Positions 23,226-33,237 of a stretch of 64,000 bases of DNA are shown piece after piece. Made by a program: the position numbers and the translations under genes. The notes beneath the pieces were generated by a model, which ran no database searches, was not told the origin of the DNA, and saw only the letters and a list, made by a program, of their open reading frames with translations. The DNA comes from Hormiphora californensis (Eukaryota; Animalia; Ctenophora): the NCBI GenBank assembly GCA_020137815.1, contig CM035352.1, positions 992,001 to 1,056,000 of the forward strand. The letters are read 5' to 3'. Within the stretch, counting starts at the first letter, position 1. Every line of letters begins with the position of its first letter.

Positions 23226-23900
23226 CAGGATGGTGGTGAAATAGGACGGATGATGGAGGATAGGAACAGGATGATGGAGGATAGGATGGATGGTGAAGGA
23301 TGGATAGTGGAGGATAGGAAAGATGGTGGGGGATTGGACGGATGATGGAGGATAGGACATATGGTGGAGCAGGGGCGGTGCGCGGCTTTCACCCGCTCTG
23401 GTCAAAATGCGGCCGAAACATTTTTAACTCGCGCGTTCCGTCGAAATACCCAATGCGGACGATCCGCATTGGCTATTTTGACGTAGCGCGCCGATCAAAA
23501 AATACTGCGACGGCAAAAAAACCTGTGTGGCGCGCGGATTTCACTAAAAATCTCATTTGAAACATCAAATTTGGAGAAAAATTGACCCTTTTCCTTGAAT
23601 TTTTTCTTTTTCTCTCCGTGATCCAAAGTAAAAATGCGGACGCGTCCGCATCGTCCGCATGGCAGAGCCGCCCCTGTGGTGGAGGATAGGACGGGTGGTG
23701 GAAAATGGGACGGATGATGGAGGATAGGACGGATGGTCGAGGATAGGACGAATGGTGGAGGATGGGACAGATGGTGGAGGATATTACAGATGGTGGATGA
23801 TAGGACGGATGATGGAGGAGGAGGATAGGACGGATGGTGGATGGGACGGATGGTGGAGGATAGGACGGATGGTGGAGGATAGGACGAATGGTGGTCGGTG
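23226..23900. repeat. Degenerate 19-bp minisatellite (GGATGGTGGAGGATAGGAC)
   Basis: Direct reading; interrupted by a MITE. Confidence 0.9.
23370..23676. mobile_element. hAT-type MITE
   Basis: TIR CAGGGGCGG...CCGCCCCTG; 8-bp TSD TGGTGGAG on both sides. Confidence 0.9.
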
Positions 23901-24657
23901 GAGGGTGTCACCCCCCCCCTTATAATCGCGCCCGTCAAAAACACGAGGAAGCGAAATTTTAAAGTGCGTTTCAAACGACTTGACCTGAGATTCCTGGAAA
24001 TTCAGGATTTCCCCTTTGTAAATACACGCGCAATGCGCCAAATTCCAAGAATTACGGGTCAAGTCGCTTGAAACGGACTTTAAAATTTGCGATTTATATT
24101 TATTTTTAACCGTCGCGCGGCGCACCTCTACTGGTATGGCTCCGCGCGACGTACAAAAGCATCGTTCTTTGATTAAATCGCGCGTTACTGTTATCGGAAC
24201 AAATGGGCCCGGTAATGTCAAACCAGTCCACTCGTTCCGAAAATCTGTCTCACGCCGCCGACCCAATCTGAGCGCACTGTCAATGGCCGCCGCCATACAG
24301 CCAAAAATGGGGTCTTGCGGAGCCAAACAAGTCCACACTTGGCATTTGAAGCCGAATTACACAAGACCGGACTGCCAAGTTGGGTGAATATTGCCAGAAC
24401 TGTACACCGGTAGACAAGTCAAAACAACCAATTAACGAACAAAATGAATAAAAGTCTGCAATTAACAAACTAAAGCACTGAAAATCTGAGTCCATAATAA
24501 TACATCCTCAAATGAATAACTCCTCTATGGCAGACGAGTTACTCCAGGATTCATCGATCTTTATCAGCAGGTTTCCAGAATCTTTTAGAACTCCTGAAAC
24601 AAGGGGGTTAGAAATTTAGGAAACAAATTATGTAGTCTGTGCTGAATTCTAGAAAAA

Positions 24658-24756
24658 TTCAGAGTAACTATAACAAATGTTATTCCTCAGTAAGTTTAGC
24701 CGGATACAATAACTGTATCACAACCAAATAGGAACAGATATAGGATATCATCAGAA
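24658..24756 (-). ncRNA. C/D snoRNA snR63/SNORD46-like (25S Am2256)
   Basis: + strand tcag-AGTAACTAtaac; D+5 = A2256. Confidence 0.85.
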
Positions 24757-24928
24757 TAGTCAGATCTGTTACTGAAAACAGATTCACTTACCAGATTGAT
24801 CCGAGTAAGATGTGGAGAAGAAATTAAGGAACGAAACCAATCCTGAGAACACATTTGATACCTGTGAGATAACGATTATTAGAAAGGGCCTATTGTAACA
24901 CAGCATTTGAAATATCAACTTTGAAATG

Positions 24929-24992
24929 TCAGGTTATGTAGCCAAAGAATTATCATCAGATGAAGTCTGATTCGTCATCTTGATATCATCAC
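24929..24992 (-). ncRNA. C/D snoRNA snR75-like (25S Gm2288)
   Basis: + strand TCGTCATCT and GTAGCCAAA match 28S helix 70/71. Confidence 0.85.
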
Positions 24993-25159
24993 ACTAACAA
25001 ACAGACTGACAGACAAACTAAAACCTACCAATTAAGTTAGGTAAATAGAGTTGAGCTTCGCCGGTCGGGCCATATTGGCAGTTACATCAGAACCTGAGTA
25101 AATAAATGTTAGAAAAGCCTTGTCGATCAAAAAATAACTTGATAAGGATCTAAATAATT

Positions 25160-25221
25160 TCAGATTGTAGCCATTAAGTTATCACCAGATTAAAGTCTGA
25201 TTCGTCATCTTGGATCATCAT
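25160..25221 (-). ncRNA. C/D snoRNA snR75-like paralogue
   Basis: Same guide TCTGATTCGTCATCT and GTAGCCA element. Confidence 0.8.
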
Positions 25222-25406
25222 TATAAACAAGTGATTCAGAAGGATAGAGACAATACTTGAACTCACATTTCAAGGCCAAGGGACAGTCAGGGGACAAGCT
25301 CATCCGGAAATACAATCCATCACCGTGATCAGTTGGGTAACCTGGAAAGAAGCCATATTTTAAACCGAGCTAATCAACAATGATAAAACTATTAATTGGT
25401 TTGTAA

Positions 25407-25475
25407 TCAGAAGGAAGGCAGCACCGTAATTCAGTCATCTTAGTTCAGTGTGACAATTTGGTGTTACTTCATCAG
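25407..25475 (-). ncRNA. C/D snoRNA snR52-like (18S Am420)
   Basis: tcag-AAGGAAGGCAGCA; D+5 = A420. Confidence 0.9.
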
Positions 25476-25624
25476 GTTAATAGAAAACCCCGGATATCAA
25501 AGAAATTAACTGACCTCCTGGATACTGAGTAGACAGAAACTCCTATGATGGATTCTATGGGAAATAGACAGGTGGTGAAAAGAGAGTTAGCAGGACCAGG
25601 TTGTGGTTATGTTGAAACGTTGTT

Positions 25625-25676
25625 TCAGAGAATTGTAGTTAACAAACATGGAAGATTCTTTACAATTTATCATCAG
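25625..25676 (-). ncRNA. C/D snoRNA candidate, target uncertain
   Basis: Boxes C and D present; guide region GAATTGTAGT may match 28S domain I. Confidence 0.55.
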
Positions 25677-25780
25677 GCTATTGGACAGTTGCCAACCAGT
25701 TGAGAACAAGACAAACCTGTGAGGAAACAAGGTGTTAGATTCTCTTTCGGAAAGAGAACGGTGTTACTGTTTCAATAAGA

Positions 25781-25848
25781 TCAGATTTAAAAAGCTCTTG
25801 TTAGGTCTCACCGCTGAAAGCTCAACAACAAATGGGGTTGATCATCAG
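25781..25848 (-). ncRNA. C/D snoRNA snR47/SNORD36A-like (18S Am619)
   Basis: tcag-atTTAAAAAGCTC; D+5 = A619. Confidence 0.88.
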
Positions 25849-26005
25849 AGTAAATAACGGTGGTAGGATGCGCCTGATAACGTACCTGATTGATAGAAGA
25901 GTATCCAGTGGAATTCCAGTCGATATATCGCAACTATCCTGAAGTGATGACAACGGTTAGGAAAGCAAAAAACAACAATCAGCTAAGATAGATAGATTAA
26001 ATATA

Positions 26006-26065
26006 TCAGGTTTAGGGATATGTTGTCTTCAACCAACAGTCCAAGAGAGCTGGGTGTGTCATCAC
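26006..26065 (-). ncRNA. C/D snoRNA targeting the 25S PTC (Am2946 or Cm2948; snR71/snR69-like)
   Basis: GAGCTGGGT next to box C; D' is ambiguous. Confidence 0.75.
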
Positions 26066-26221
26066 ATAAAATAACTAGCAACTGGCTGGATGGGGCAACT
26101 CACCAAGATCAAGAAGAGAGTTCGTCTGTGCCAAGTCTGCATGTTGGTATCTGAGGAAAGAAGACAAATGTTAGGGCTCCATTGTAATTGTTAAACGAGA
26201 AATTATTGTTAAGAATGTATT

Positions 26222-26286
26222 TCAGTCTTAGATGTTCTGGAAAGAGGTCTACAGTGTACATCAGAGTGGTGCATGTGTATCATCAT
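26222..26286 (-). ncRNA. Double-guide C/D snoRNA: D' guide snR40/SNORD32A-like (18S Gm1271), D guide 18S CUUAGAUGUUCUGG
   Basis: tcag-aGTGGTGCATG (D'+5 = G1271); tcag-tCTTAGATGTTCTGG. Confidence 0.9.
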
Positions 26287-26451
26287 TTTAGAAATTAGGG
26301 AACACAAGACTGACAGTTCGAACTTACCGATTAAAAGGAAGATGCAAGTGTTTCGAAACATCATTCCAAGCCAGCTGGTTATTTGAACACCTGAGGAGAA
26401 GGCTGGTTAGATATCGAAAACATCAGATAATAATAGGTAACAGGTAATCAA

Positions 26452-26646
26452 GGTTGTCATTTGCATGGTTTATCCCCGTGGTAACAGACACGTAGTATCA
26501 TCCACGAGACGCAAGGAATATGCAATGGAGACGTGAATCTCTTGGTGTGCAACAGTATGGAGGACAATACCATATATGGGTATAATCCAGACACCATCGG
26601 GCTGCCCTGATGGTGGCAAAACCTCCAGGGAACACCCAGTCGCAGT
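26452..26646 (-). ncRNA. SNORA73: U17/snR30 (SNORA73) H/ACA pre-rRNA processing snoRNA
   Basis: Minus strand TGCATATTCCT...AAACCATGCA...ACA+3 nt matches the conserved m1/m2 motifs in the 3' hairpin. The 5' part has CCCTGGAGGT similarity; length ~195 nt. Confidence 0.88.
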
Positions 26647-26809
26647 AATTAATTAACTAATTAGGATGCTTACCTTGCCAATTATCTGGTAGATCCTGTC
26701 AGTGAAGTCAGTTGAAGTGCTCAGTGTATCAAGCTGTTGAAGGGAAACAGTGTTAGAAATACAAAAGATTGAAGGCAAGACTGTATTAACACTGATAAAT
26801 AAAATCAAA

Positions 26810-26880
26810 TTCAGACATCCAAGGAAGTAAAACTTCATGAATTATCAGTGGAAACTGCGATGGAGGAAATTTCATCAGAA
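26810..26880 (-). ncRNA. SNORD14: U14 snoRNA (18S Cm414 guide plus domain A)
   Basis: Minus strand TGATGA...TCGCAGTTTCCAC (domain A)...CTTCCTTGGATGTCTGA (domain B and box D). Confidence 0.95.
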
Positions 26881-27341
26881 AAGGGGGGACAGAAGGTCAA
26901 GCTCTCTAGTGTAACTTACCAGGAAACAAAAAGATTTGCATCAGAATTAGAGTGCCAAGCTATACCTCCTGAGAATGCAAGAAAAGGCGTTAAAATTTAG
27001 TAAGTAAGCTCACAAAATAAAAATCAAAGCTTAGTAAGCGTTCATCTCTCATAATCTTCTCTCAGATACCCTCACGCTAGCCTTAAAGTTGGTATAAATA
27101 TTGATAGATAATTATAGGTTATATTGCCACCATACAAAAGCCCGAAGGCAAGAAAAAGAAATAAAATTCTACTATAGCAGTATATGACTAACGTGAGAGA
27201 TCGGCAGGTCAGTTTAAATCATTACGCTTGGTAAATTGGTAAGTTTCATACCGGGTTTTGGATCTTACCTGAAACTAAGGGACATATCGGTTAGAATGGG
27301 TCAAGAGTTAGGTTTTGTAATGCCAACAATATTAACACATT

Positions 27342-27406
27342 TCAGTCTTAGATGTTCTGGAAAGAGGTCTACAGTGTACATCAGAGTGGTGCATGTGTAT
27401 CATCAT
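27342..27406 (-). ncRNA. Identical copy of the 26222-26286 snoRNA (18S Gm1271)
   Basis: Sequence identity. Confidence 0.9.
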
Positions 27407-27588
27407 TTTAGAAATAGGGGCAGCCAGGGCAGGGGAGAGATTACACACCTTGAGAAGGATTGAAGTGATCCGATCAGGTTCAGGGGCTTAGTTTCGGATT
27501 CTCCTTTGCTGTAATCGTCTGAACGGGAGGTAAATTGGTTAGGCAAGTCGAAAACAATTGAAATTCACAGGTGATTTGTAGAAAAGTA

Positions 27589-27649
27589 TCAGCAAAGATT
27601 ATAAGTTGTCAACTCAGAAGGGTCAGACGGTAATTCCAATAAACATCAC
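27589..27649 (-). ncRNA. C/D snoRNA snR77/SNORD65-like (18S Um578)
   Basis: tcag-aCGGTAATTCCA (D'+5 = U578); extra CAAAGATTA element. Confidence 0.88.
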
Positions 27650-27835
27650 GTCAAAATAAAGAGAATGAGATATGCTAGCATCTTACCCAGTGGTAGTATT
27701 GCGGGTGAAGACTTCAGAAATGAAGAATAGTCCTCACAAGAGGTGGAAACAGTTCCTATTATAACCTGAAAACAAGGCACTGTTTAGCAACAAATAAATG
27801 GAAATGTGAGCAACTAGGCTTTTAATTGCTTTGGA

Positions 27836-27897
27836 TCAGCAAAGATTATATGTTGTCAACTCAGAATAAGTCAGACGGTAATTCCAATAAACATCAC
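27836..27897 (-). ncRNA. snR77-like paralogue (18S Um578)
   Basis: Near-identical to 27589-27649. Confidence 0.88.
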
Positions 27898-28060
27898 GTC
27901 AAATGTTGGGGGACCGGGTTAAATAGTTCAAGCTTTTTAATTACCTCGATACTGTTATCATCGTACTGTCGCATTGAGGAAGTGAGAGGGAACACCTGAA
28001 AAGGAGAAACAGTGTTATACAGAGTGTCACCTGTACACAAGACAACAGAACTATTAAAGT

Positions 28061-28125
28061 TCAGTCTAAAAGATGTTAAAATCACTGGCAGTCAGAAGTA
28101 GTGACAATGAGTATTTGATCATCAA
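28061..28125 (-). ncRNA. C/D snoRNA SNORD70-like (human 18S Am512)
   Basis: tcag-aaGTAGTGACAAT; D'+5 = A of GUAG. Confidence 0.82.
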
Positions 28126-28306
28126 AACAATAAGATATAGGATTAGAAAGAGCCATTACTTACCAGGAACATAGTGTTATAGAAATTCCAGGTCAGGCTC
28201 AATTTTCAACACCAACTTTAAACAAATCAATCATCGAACTGAAAAGGAAGGGAAATATTAGTACCCAAATTGATCCAGTTGTCACGGTGGCTTAGGACAT
28301 AATGAA

Positions 28307-28365
28307 TCAGAGGGTTATGTTGTGATCACTGACAGTCATGAGTTGTGTCAAAAGTTAAACATCAC
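28307..28365 (-). ncRNA. C/D snoRNA candidate, possibly 28S GUGUCAGAAAAGUUA region
   Basis: D, C', D' and C (GTGATGT) present at the standard intron position; imperfect guide. Confidence 0.55.
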
Positions 28366-28517
28366 ATTATAATTCTGGGATGAATTGGAGATGGAACTCA
28401 CCAAGAACGAGAAGAACAAGTCTATCCAATTGTATCCCAGCACCAACTGATCTGTAGTGAGAGGAAGTGTTACAAAGAGGAAACCTTGAACGAAATAGAG
28501 GAGTTGTTTAGCTTATT

Positions 28518-28599
28518 TCAGAAGGAACAATTATAGTAAACAGTTAGTGAGTGAATAAATTCATCCACCATTTATATAGGGCAAGTCATTTTTCATCAT
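28518..28599 (-). ncRNA. Double-guide C/D snoRNA: 18S Am541 (snR41/SNORD62-like) plus AGGGCAAGUC (human Gm601 region)
   Basis: tcag-aAGGAACAATT (D+5 = A541); AGGGCAAGTC beside box C. Confidence 0.87.
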
Positions 28600-28800
28600 A
28601 GTACAGGAAAGTAAAGGAGCAGTATATTAACCCTATAACTTACCAACACTTTGTCGAAAAGATTCCCTCGTGACATCATCCATCGGTAAATCGGGGTCCG
28701 GTAAATCTTCAGATCTTTACAAGATGGATACCTGTAAGGAAAGAACTTGGTTAATGACTAAGGTACAATTACACTAAAAGCTTGGCTGATGACCATCATT

Positions 28801-28882
28801 TCAGAAGGAACAATTATAGTAAACAGTTAGTGAGTGAATAAATCCACACACCATTTATATAGGGCAAGTCATTTTTCATCAT
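28801..28882 (-). ncRNA. Paralogue of 28518-28599
   Basis: Near identity. Confidence 0.87.
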
Positions 28883-29059
28883 AGTACAGGAAAGTGAAGG
28901 TTTGTGTTACTTAACGTACCAACTAATTCAGGAGGATGATGTTCCTTCGTTTAGTCCCAGAGAGAGAAAGAGAACTTGAGAGATATCACCTATTAAGGAT
29001 ACAACGTTAATATCAACCAGGACAGTAATTATACAGTTATTAGGAGGATGTTAAGGGGA

Positions 29060-29118
29060 TCAGTAAGGTTAAGGGTATCTTCACTTTGGGTCAGAAACAC
29101 GGACCTTAGTTTCATCAG
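29060..29118 (-). ncRNA. SNORD18: U18/snR18 (25S Am649)
   Basis: tcag-AAACACGGACC; D'+5 = A649. Confidence 0.92.
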
Positions 29119-29297
29119 GTTAAAACGCAGGTAAAAAGATGGAGAAGAAAAGCTCACCTTGTTTAGTAGTGAAAAGAGTAGAGATGGTCTTGTTGAAGAC
29201 AGATTGAACCAGTAACTGAACCAGAGCCCTGAAGGAAATAGCTGGTCAGAACAGTGTCACCTACTCAAATTAGGAAACAGGTCTAGTTGAACAGGTA

Positions 29298-29438
29298 TCA
29301 GAGGTAAAATTGACATCATATGGTGACGTGAGGGTTGAGGTGGACAAAGGTAGATTGGGATGGCAAAAAACTTGCCATCCTAATCAGGAGTCCAACCTCT
29401 CCTCCCGCCCCCTCAATCCAAATGCCAGATGTCATCAA
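29298..29438 (-). ncRNA. Long-hairpin C/D snoRNA, snR13/SNORD15-like (25S A2280/2281)
   Basis: Box C, guide GGCATTTGG, D' TTGA, ~90-nt internal stem-loop, C', D. Confidence 0.75.
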
Positions 29439-29612
29439 TTATAGGGCAAATCTTCTAACTAGCATGTCTGTCAACTTACCAGTAATGGAAGAGTGTTCAA
29501 GGAAAGGGGAGTCAAACTGTATCACATCTTTATCATGGAAACCTGGGAAAAAGGGAGGGGTGTCAGGAACCTGAATAATATGAAGACTAACAGAGAATGG
29601 TAGATTTAAATA

Positions 29613-29672
29613 TCAGGTTTAGGGATATGTTGTCTTCAACCAACAGTCCAAGAGAGCTGGGTGTGTCATCAC
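29613..29672 (-). ncRNA. Identical copy of the 26006-26065 snoRNA
   Basis: Sequence identity. Confidence 0.75.
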
Positions 29673-29829
29673 ATAAAATAACAAGCAACAGGATTGGATG
29701 GGGCAACTTACCGGTTAATTGGATTCCTCAACAATCAGATCTCCAGTTATCAACAATTAACCTGAAAATATTGGCATGATTAATTATCGTTGTTGGGGCG
29801 TTAATTAATTAAGATTTGTCAGTGAAGAG

Positions 29830-29893
29830 TCAGATACGAGGAATTCTATATGTCATCCTTGTGGGATCAGAACAGGTCTGTAGAAATCATCAC
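29830..29893 (-). ncRNA. Double-guide C/D snoRNA: 18S Gm1572 (snR57) plus Gm1428 (snR56/U25)
   Basis: tcag-atACGAGGAATTC and tcag-AACAGGTCTGT; both obey D+5. Confidence 0.92.
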
Positions 29894-30082
29894 GCTGCAA
29901 CACACCCCAATATTCGGGATATGGAATGTGTTCGAATGTGGTAGGGTTGCTTACCTTACACTAGGAAGATGTTGAGGCCTCTGCCAGTCATTGATCAAAC
30001 TTTCCAACACTACTACCTAGAATGAAGGAACATGTTAGTCCTGATTTCGTTATCAATAAACAATAAAATGTAGCAGTAAAGA

Positions 30083-30176
30083 TCAGATTCGGGAATTGTC
30101 TTCACTAGACCAGAGGGTGTTTTGTTGGGCTGGCAGGCCCCACCACACTGGTATACGACGCAAATTACGGCATCAT
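30083..30176 (-). ncRNA. SNORD16: U16/snR87 (18S Am436)
   Basis: Minus strand ATGATGCCGTAATTTGCGTC resembles the U16 5' end; internal hairpin. Confidence 0.88.
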
Positions 30177-30387
30177 GGTAAGGGGAAGAGGGCAGGTTTG
30201 AGAGAATGGTATAACTTACCAGGTATAGAAAACAGGGAGCCAGTTTGAAGAAATCCAACAATAACAATATCAGCTGATGTTGAGGACTGCCAGTTATTGA
30301 CCAACTTTCTAACACAACTACCTGGAATGGAGGAACATGTTAGGATGGGTTTCGTTAGCAACAAACTACAAATTGTAGTGGTAAATA

Positions 30388-30669
30388 TCAGACACGGCAA
30401 TGTGGCTGTCTTCACTAGACCAGAGGGTTGGTTGATGGGGCCTGCCAGCTAGGCCAGTTTCAACCCCCGTTAAGTATATCAAGCATAGAAATTCAGCGAA
30501 AATCAGGTTTCAAATGCGTACACAAGCAACTAAAAATTGGAAAGCTGTTTTCGTGTACATGGCCAGTGTACATTTCAGAATGTCGATGCTTGATATACTT
30601 TTCGGGGGTCGAAACTGGCCTAGCTGACAGGTCCCACCACACTGGTATAAGACGGAAATTTGGCATCAT
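30388..30669 (-). pseudogene. U16 paralogue interrupted by a MITE, with a mutated guide
   Basis: Colinear with 30083-30176 apart from a 169-bp insertion; guide GACGGAAATTT versus GACGCAAATTAC. Confidence 0.75.
30452..30620. mobile_element. TA-flanked MITE with ~35-bp TIRs
   Basis: GGCCAGTTTCAACCCCCG..AAGTATATCAAGCAT / ATGCTTGATATACTT..CGGGGGTCGAAACTGGCC. Confidence 0.85.
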
Positions 30670-30818
30670 AATAAGGGAGGCGTGAGAGAATGGTTTAACT
30701 TACCAGTTATCGAACAGGGAGCCAGTTTGAAGAAATCCAACAAAAACAACAGCTGAGGGGAAGATTTGTGTTAGTGAAATCCAGGATAGAAATAATCCTT
30801 GCATGTTTGGTTAGTGAC

Positions 30819-30885
30819 TCAGGATAGCTATATTTTGGTTTGTCGTTCAGCTTAGTCTTCTGAACAGGTCTGTTGTGTTCATCAT
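30819..30885 (-). ncRNA. C/D snoRNA U25/snR56-like (18S Gm1428)
   Basis: tctg-AACAGGTCTGT beside box C. Confidence 0.8.
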
Positions 30886-31046
30886 AGAAAGAAGAGAGTA
30901 GGAGTTTGTGTGTGCTAACTTACCAACAACATTAGAAGAAAGGAGAACTAGATTCAAGCAGACTTGTATATCTTGATCTGAAGTAAAGGTGAAATGTAAG
31001 ATCCAGCTATTGACTTGTAGCTAACTTGATCATGAGTTTGTTGATT

Positions 31047-31107
31047 TCAGAATCAGCGGAAAATGTGGAAATAATCATCGTCAGAGCTAAGTTGATTCGT
31101 TCATCAT
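31047..31107 (-). ncRNA. C/D snoRNA complementary to 28S AAUCAGCGG (near the snR190 site)
   Basis: All four boxes present; tcag-AATCAGCGG. Confidence 0.75.
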
Positions 31108-31306
31108 GTAAACGAGGTCAGAAGGGTCAAGGAGTTGTGTGATAACTTACCAAGTGTGTGTGTGCGGATTAGGAGAAGGTTCAGATGGGGGGACTAGCTC
31201 AAATGGACATAGACAATGGATAGCGGGAGAGCACGAGAATCCTGGAAGTAATTGTAAGTTAGACTGATGTCATGTGATATCGATTAATTGAATTCAATTT
31301 GTAAAT

Positions 31307-31364
31307 TCAGATTAGAATTGGCATCATTTCTGTCAGCCGAAAGATGGTTAAAATTGATCATCAG
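31307..31364 (-). ncRNA. C/D snoRNA snR39/snR59-like (25S Am807)
   Basis: tcag-CCGAAAGATGGT; D'+5 = A807. Confidence 0.9.
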
Positions 31365-31534
31365 AAGTTAGAAACACTATCAACTAGGAAACCGTGCTGC
31401 TTACCTAATTAACAGAGTCTTGATTCCAAATATCAAAGAAAGGAGAAATGACAACAGTTGAGTTCTGAAAGAAGGATGATGGTTAGATTCAGATTGAAGA
31501 ATGCGATCTGTAGTGTGATAATGAAGGTGTCCCT

Positions 31535-31598
31535 TCAGGTGAAGAAATTGTCATCAGAGCATGAAGCTCTAGCATTAATGTCATAGTGTGATCATCAC
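31535..31598 (-). ncRNA. C/D snoRNA snR47/SNORD36C-like (25S Am2220)
   Basis: tcag-GTGAAGAAATT; D+5 = A2220. Confidence 0.9.
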
Positions 31599-31761
31599 AA
31601 GGGTGTAACAACTCACAAGAGTGGGGATTATTTAGCGGCTAACTTACCAGGATCGAAGTAGAGCTGTGATGACGGGATATAGCAGTAGCAGAGCAACCTG
31701 AAGTAAAAACATTATTAGCGGGTGGACAATAGGATTCATTTGTGTAAGGTGTTGTATTGTA

Positions 31762-31811
31762 TCAGGAAAGAGTGTCATCATTTAAAATAAGACCCGAAAG
31801 ATGAACATCAT
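31762..31811 (-). ncRNA. C/D snoRNA snR39B/SNORD2-like (25S Gm805)
   Basis: taag-ACCCGAAAGATG; D'+5 = G805. Confidence 0.87.
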
Positions 31812-31979
31812 GTTAATAAAAACTATGAGAACTTAGTGAGCTGCTTACCTTTTGAAATTGAACGGAGACATAACTTCTCTGCACCGATGTGGATGTTGGT
31901 GATACAAAACTCGATACCTGATGGAGAAACTGTTAGAATTGAAATGAGATCATGTCATAGTTGTAGTTACAGTATAGGA

Positions 31980-32034
31980 TCAGATTACAGTCTCGATCAC
32001 GGTGATTCAGACAATGTAGGTGTAAAGTAATCAT
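31980..32034 (-). ncRNA. C/D snoRNA snR62/SNORD34-like (25S Um1888)
   Basis: tcag-ACAATGTAGGT; degenerate box C. Confidence 0.75.
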
Positions 32035-32201
32035 GTCTTTAGAGCTAGTCACTATCACTGCGGAAAATAATTACCTTATTGCCTTGCTGGGTCGAAGAAG
32101 AAGAGGATGATTAGAAACTGTCAACCAAACTTGAACCTGATAAAAGAAGCTTTGTTAATAAACAAGAAACAATCTTGTAACACACGGGTTATAAAATTAA
32201 A

Positions 32202-32272
32202 TTCAGACATCCAAGGAAGTAAAACTTCATGAATTATCAGTGGAAACTGCGATGGAGGAAATTTCATCAGAA
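32202..32272 (-). ncRNA. SNORD14: U14 snoRNA, second identical copy
   Basis: Identical to 26810-26880. Confidence 0.95.
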
Positions 32273-32435
32273 AAGAAGAGATTCAAATCAGGGGTGCTTT
32301 GCTTACCGTGACAATAGAAAATCCACAACATCAGTCTGAACTATCCTGGAACATTCTCGAATCAACATCTGCAAGAGGAGAGACTGGTTAGATAGTGTGA
32401 ATCACCAATTAAATGTTAATTATCCTATTGACACG

Positions 32436-32498
32436 TCAGTTTATGGGTGGTAGGAGGGTGAAAGTCCTCACAATCGAGTAGGCGTACTCTCTCATCAT
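32436..32498 (-). ncRNA. C/D snoRNA complementary to 18S UAUGGGUGGU (~1260 region)
   Basis: tcag-ttTATGGGTGGT; box C ATGATGA. Confidence 0.78.
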
Positions 32499-32649
32499 AC
32501 GAAATAATATTAAAATGAAAAGGGATCTGACTTACCATTTAAATGTTGAGATACAGTTGTCTGTTGTCAGCTTTCCTCTTCCTGTAAGGATTGAGTCTGG
32601 TTAGGGAACATTTCAGATAATTGAATTATCAAGAGATCAAGTGTTACTT

Positions 32650-32712
32650 TCAGCTGTTACCAAATGGGTATCCCCACGGTTTTGTAAGACAGGGATAACT
32701 TGTGTTCATCAT
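32650..32712 (-). ncRNA. C/D snoRNA snR38/SNORD1-like (25S Gm2815)
   Basis: taag-ACAGGGATAACT; D'+5 = G2815. Confidence 0.9.
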
Positions 32713-32886
32713 TTAAATTAAAGACACTTTTACTATCCTAACCCACGTACCAATTTTAGGAAGAGAGCTGAGAACGAACTTGCAATTTCAGGTCTACACG
32801 GGGGAGGCTGATAGAACCTGAAGGAAAGAAGAGACTGTTAGTAAGTGTGTATCTATTAACTTAATTTGGCAAGTCTTACTCAAGTA

Positions 32887-32948
32887 TCAGAAACGGCGGG
32901 AAATGAAAAGATTTCAGTGACCGAAGCCTCGTATATTTCATTCGTCAT
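32887..32948 (-). ncRNA. C/D snoRNA complementary to 28S AAACGGCGGGA (helix 68/69)
   Basis: tcag-AAACGGCGGGA; box C ATGACGA. Confidence 0.8.
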
Positions 32949-33108
32949 AAATTAAGAGGAATATTCAGGACAGGCAGATGGTGTAGACTTACATCGATTC
33001 GAAAGTCCAGCATTTAGTGAGACATCATGTGCAACTTGATCTGAGAAGAGAAGGAACGTGTTAGATTGCTATTTGAATGAGAAGCAATTTGTAGAAATAG
33101 GGATTATA

Positions 33109-33237
33109 AACTGTGCCTGATTGGATTGAAACCGAAGGATTGGAAACACCTTGATCACACTAAACCAGGTAGTGGTTGCTTTAGTTACGCTGACGGCCGA
33201 CATGCCATTGAGTAGCATGGCGGTGCTTCTGGCAACA
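33109..33237 (-). ncRNA. Box H/ACA snoRNA candidate
   Basis: Hairpin, hinge AAAGCA (ANANNA), hairpin CCTGGTT...AATCAGG, then ACA+3 nt. Confidence 0.6.

Noticed and set aside
26423-26504. C/D snoRNA or U13 inside the U17 intron
   Set aside because: The apparent boxes are too close to the acceptor and overlap the better-supported U17 3' hairpin; the U13-like complementarity is broken
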